Positions 61,052 to 64,000 of a stretch of DNA of 64,000 nucleotides are shown in pieces; position 1 is the stretch's first letter; each line of letters opens with the position of its first letter. A model generated the notes under the pieces. That model was not told the origin of the DNA. It did no database searches and saw nothing but the letters and a program-made list of their open reading frames with translations. Source of the DNA: Leptospiraceae bacterium (lineage in GTDB: Bacteria > Spirochaetota > Leptospiria > Leptospirales > Leptonemataceae); the NCBI GenBank assembly GCA_040217195.1, contig JAVJNR010000004.1, positions 736,001 to 800,000 on the forward strand, given 5' to 3'. Made by a program: the position numbers and the translations under genes.

Positions 61052-62128
61052 ATGAGTGTCCGAATTATTAGGTTTAAGACTCTAGCTTTGACATTATTGT
61101 TATCCACTGCCTGGCAGTCCATGGAAGCTCGAGAGCTTCGTGTGGGTTACGGCGGATCACAGCCTTTTATAGACACCTCCCGGGAAACGGCATCCGGCGT
61201 TGCAGTGGACATATGGCAAGAAGCGAATCGAAAAACTGGTTTTCGCTCAAAGCAGGTAGCAACGGGCAGCGTCTCGGAAATGCTTTCACTTCTGGAATCC
61301 GGAAGAATCGATGTAGTTGTAGGCCCCATTTCTATAACGGAAGAACGATACCAGAAATTCGGTTTCACACATCCGTTCTATGTAACTTCACCGGCCATAT
61401 TGACCAACCGTTCAGACACTTCCTTCTGGAAAATGATCCAGCCTTTTCTGAGCGGACCATTCTTGATCGGGGTGACCACCCTGCTGGGTCTTCTGCTTAT
61501 TGTAGGCGCCATTATCTGGACTGTAGAAAACAAAGCTAACGATGCCTGGTCCAGAGATCCGATTAAAGGAATTGGTCAGGGAATATGGTTTGCTATTGTA
61601 ACATTTACTACCGTAGGTTACGGCGACCTTGTGCCGGTTGGTAAGCGTGGACGAGTCCTGGCAGGGATCTGGATGGTCACTGCTATGATTACTGCATCTT
61701 CACTTACGGCAGGGATAGCCAGCGCATTTACACTATTTCAGCTTCAGCATGCAGCCATACAGGGTCCATCGGACCTCACTGGAAGAACCGTAGCCGTAAT
61801 CCCCGGAAGTTCTGGAGAAGATTTTGCACGAAGATATTCCAGAAGAATTCGATCAGTGGAAGATGTGGATCAGGCTGTGGACCTGGTTCGCAAAGGTGAA
61901 GTGGATGCATTCGTTTACGATTATCCGGTTCTAAACCATTTGCTGGATTCAGAACCAGACCTGAGGCTGGTAAGAAGCCATGATTTATCGGAGCATTACT
62001 GTTTTGTGTTTCGTTCAGGAGATAATGCCGTAGGATCTGTTGACGCTGCACTTCTGCAAATCAGAGAAAATGGTTCCTTACGACAAATCCTCCAGCGATG
62101 GGGACTGGATACCGAGCGCAACAATTAG
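61052..62128 (+). CDS. Prokaryotic ionotropic glutamate receptor-like K+ channel (GluR0 architecture)
   Basis: Signal peptide; S1 (PF...SG.AVD, GPISITEER, FTHPF); M1; pore TFTTVGYGD; M2; S2 (DAFVYD). Confidence 0.9.
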   Translation: MSVRIIRFKTLALTLLLSTAWQSMEARELRVGYGGSQPFIDTSRETASGVAVDIWQEANRKTGFRSKQVATGSVSEMLSLLESGRIDVVVGPISITEERYQKFGFTHPFYVTSPAILTNRSDTSFWKMIQPFLSGPFLIGVTTLLGLLLIVGAIIWTVENKANDAWSRDPIKGIGQGIWFAIVTFTTVGYGDLVPVGKRGRVLAGIWMVTAMITASSLTAGIASAFTLFQLQHAAIQGPSDLTGRTVAVIPGSSGEDFARRYSRRIRSVEDVDQAVDLVRKGEVDAFVYDYPVLNHLLDSEPDLRLVRSHDLSEHYCFVFRSGDNAVGSVDAALLQIRENGSLRQILQRWGLDTERNN

Positions 62129-62144
62129 TTTTGGGATCTGTAGT

Positions 62145-62516
62145 CTAAGAAGATCTGGCCGGGTTCTCTTTTAGTTTTGTGAGAACGAACTGAAAGAGAT
62201 CGTCAGCAACTGAATTAACATTCTTCTGGAAAGCTTCAATGGCCTGAGAAAAGTCAAGAGGAAGATACCCGGTTACGATGGGACTGGCTTTGTAGTGGCC
62301 CGGATGTTGCTCTCCATCATCGATACTAAAATGACTGAATCCGGACTCCTGGCTCCAGATAATGCTCTTTTCTCCCAGGTGACGGTTGTAACTGAGCTGA
62401 AATCGCACCGGTCTGGAATCCTCGAGCCAGACAGAAAGATCCATATCCTCCGCATGAAACCATCGCCGGTACGGCGCTCCAGGTTCCTGTTTCACTTTTT
62501 GAATTTCAAAAAACAT
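62145..62516 (-). CDS. Conserved-looking hypothetical protein
   Basis: RRWF...MDL.VW, FQLSY, IDDGE; start uncertain. Confidence 0.6.
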   Translation of the reverse strand: MFFEIQKVKQEPGAPYRRWFHAEDMDLSVWLEDSRPVRFQLSYNRHLGEKSIIWSQESGFSHFSIDDGEQHPGHYKASPIVTGYLPLDFSQAIEAFQKNVNSVADDLFQFVLTKLKENPARSS

Positions 62517-62604
62517 TGTACATCCAGCCCCGGGCAGCATAAGTTTAGACGCAATCCATCAGGTTTTGGTGGACCAGAATCATAGCCTGCACTAAATTCA
62601 GGCT

Positions 62605-63120
62605 ATGGCATCTAGATATCTGACGGGTCTTCCCGCACTAATTGTGCTTACGATTTTTCCAGTGTGTATAAGCACACAGCCGGAAAGTCGAAAAGATGAT
62701 ACTGTGCAAATGGATAATCGCACATGGTCCAGAAGAACTACTAAACAGCCAGAAATCGTATATTCCAAAATGGTACCTTCGAATCAGGCTTTTCACGCCT
62801 GGGACGAACGAATCGAGATAGCCACAATTCCTGTGTCCATATCCGACGATACAATCAATAGTTTCCAACTACGACGCAAGTATGAATTGTTCAAGGATTG
62901 CCCCACCGGACGATGGAATGTCTTAGAATATGAAACAGACCTGGTCATCTATGAATTCGAGCATCAAAAATGCGATCCCTATGAGCACAGACTGGTAGTA
63001 ATGCAAAGAAAGGAAAATCGAGGTATCCTATTTGTCTATAGATCTCGTAAGTATCTGGGCGAAGAGCAGCTAAAACACTGGATTGAAATCGGCAAGAAGG
63101 CTCATTTATGGAATCGATAA
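62605..63120 (+). CDS. Hypothetical exported protein / lipoprotein
   Basis: Hydrophobic N-terminus ending in Cys; preceded by TGGACC-N17-TAAATT. Confidence 0.6.
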   Translation: MASRYLTGLPALIVLTIFPVCISTQPESRKDDTVQMDNRTWSRRTTKQPEIVYSKMVPSNQAFHAWDERIEIATIPVSISDDTINSFQLRRKYELFKDCPTGRWNVLEYETDLVIYEFEHQKCDPYEHRLVVMQRKENRGILFVYRSRKYLGEEQLKHWIEIGKKAHLWNR

Positions 63121-63160
63121 TTCAGATTCCGGGCGCCCGGTGAATGATCCAGAAACCGGT

Positions 63161-63589
63161 TTAACCATGGGCAGGATCGTGCCCCAGCTGTTCCAGAGCA
63201 GACAGGTTATCCCATTCGGCCCAGGATTCCCTTATCCGGTTTTCCTCCATTCGATAAAAGGAAATATATTCGGAAACTAGTTGCCGGCCGCTTGCCGGGA
63301 ATGGTCCCAGATCGCCGCTTTGAGTACCACTAAAGCGGTGTCGAACCGCTACCCGGTCTCCCTCTGCGATCATATCCTGGATAGTTTCTTCCCCATCCGG
63401 AAACGCTTCGAATTGTCCGCGAAGATAATGAATTAGATCTTCGCCTTCCTCGATTGTTGCTTCCCCGGCTGCATGGCTATGGCGACAAAAATCAGGATGC
63501 AGAACGTTACGTATGCCTCTCCAATCCCTCTCATTAACACTTCGCACAAAACGGCGAATCAGTTCCTTGTTTTTTTCCAGTTCGTCCAT
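63161..63589 (-). CDS. SnoaL-like ester cyclase (NTF2 fold)
   Basis: NKELIRRF, AFPD, IAEGDRVA, GTQ.G...PASGR. Confidence 0.9.
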   Translation of the reverse strand: MDELEKNKELIRRFVRSVNERDWRGIRNVLHPDFCRHSHAAGEATIEEGEDLIHYLRGQFEAFPDGEETIQDMIAEGDRVAVRHRFSGTQSGDLGPFPASGRQLVSEYISFYRMEENRIRESWAEWDNLSALEQLGHDPAHG

Positions 63590-63601
63590 AAAAACCGACG
63601 A

Positions 63602-63934
63602 TTAAAGTCCTGGTGCATCAGAATTAACATGGTATCTTGCCAGGCGACATACAGAGTCAACAGAGCTTTCGAAGAATTCTTTTCGCACGGCAAGGTACTC
63701 CGTGTCCGAAAAAAACTCATCGCGGGTGGCCTGATCAGGAAAACCAATAATGAATAGACGATTAATCGAATGCTTGACCGGGGATTTTAGTTCGGATTGA
63801 ATCTGCGCATCGTATCTGAAGTAGCCGCCCATGCGCTTCAGTATGGGCAGCATTCCTTCCCGGTATCTGGCATAAAGGGTTTCATCGGTAACATGAATGC
63901 CCACCAGGTCTTCTACAGGGCCATCAGTCCCCAT
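63602..63934 (-). CDS. DUF1330 family protein
   Basis: Y..YR..M.PIL...GG.F, IIGFPD, FFSD.EY..VR. Confidence 0.8.
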   Translation of the reverse strand: MGTDGPVEDLVGIHVTDETLYARYREGMLPILKRMGGYFRYDAQIQSELKSPVKHSINRLFIIGFPDQATRDEFFSDTEYLAVRKEFFESSVDSVCRLARYHVNSDAPGL

Positions 63935-63961
63935 GATCAGTCCCCATGATCAGTCTCCATG
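63923..63961. repeat. 13-bp tandem repeat x3 (ATCAGTCYCCATG) spanning the DUF1330 start
   Basis: Units at 63923, 63936, 63949. Confidence 0.85.
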
Positions 63962-64000
63962 TGCGATGGTGCAGAAGCGATTGTAGAAGAATGTAAGAAT

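Overview
Chromosomal segment of a Leptospiraceae-type spirochete, inferred from a Loa22-like OmpA lipoprotein, a YaaR-family gene, a membrane SpoIIE-HAMP-TPR phosphatase and several spirochete-style lipoprotein signals. It holds about 60 CDSs. Housekeeping genes: rluD, lpxC, thiC, recO, argS, rpsT, tRNA-Val, hisD, ilvB and pyrC. Signalling genes are dense: two class III nucleotide cyclases, a probable cAMP deaminase (CadD-like), an amidohydrolase/cNMP-TPR/Crp/MscS operon, a sigma54 two-component system, a REC-GGDEF-EAL/histidine kinase pair, PilZ, STAS and a GluR0-like K+ channel. There is also an nrfHA nitrite-ammonification pair whose NrfA has only CxxCH heme motifs. Non-coding features read from the sequence: a TPP riboswitch with an RBS-sequestering platform, a Val-rich leader-peptide attenuator upstream of ilvB lacking a U-tract, an ArsR operator palindrome, several apparent leaderless promoters and four tandem repeats. 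No integrase, transposase, prophage or CRISPR array was seen. All calls come from motif recognition by eye; no database searches were run.
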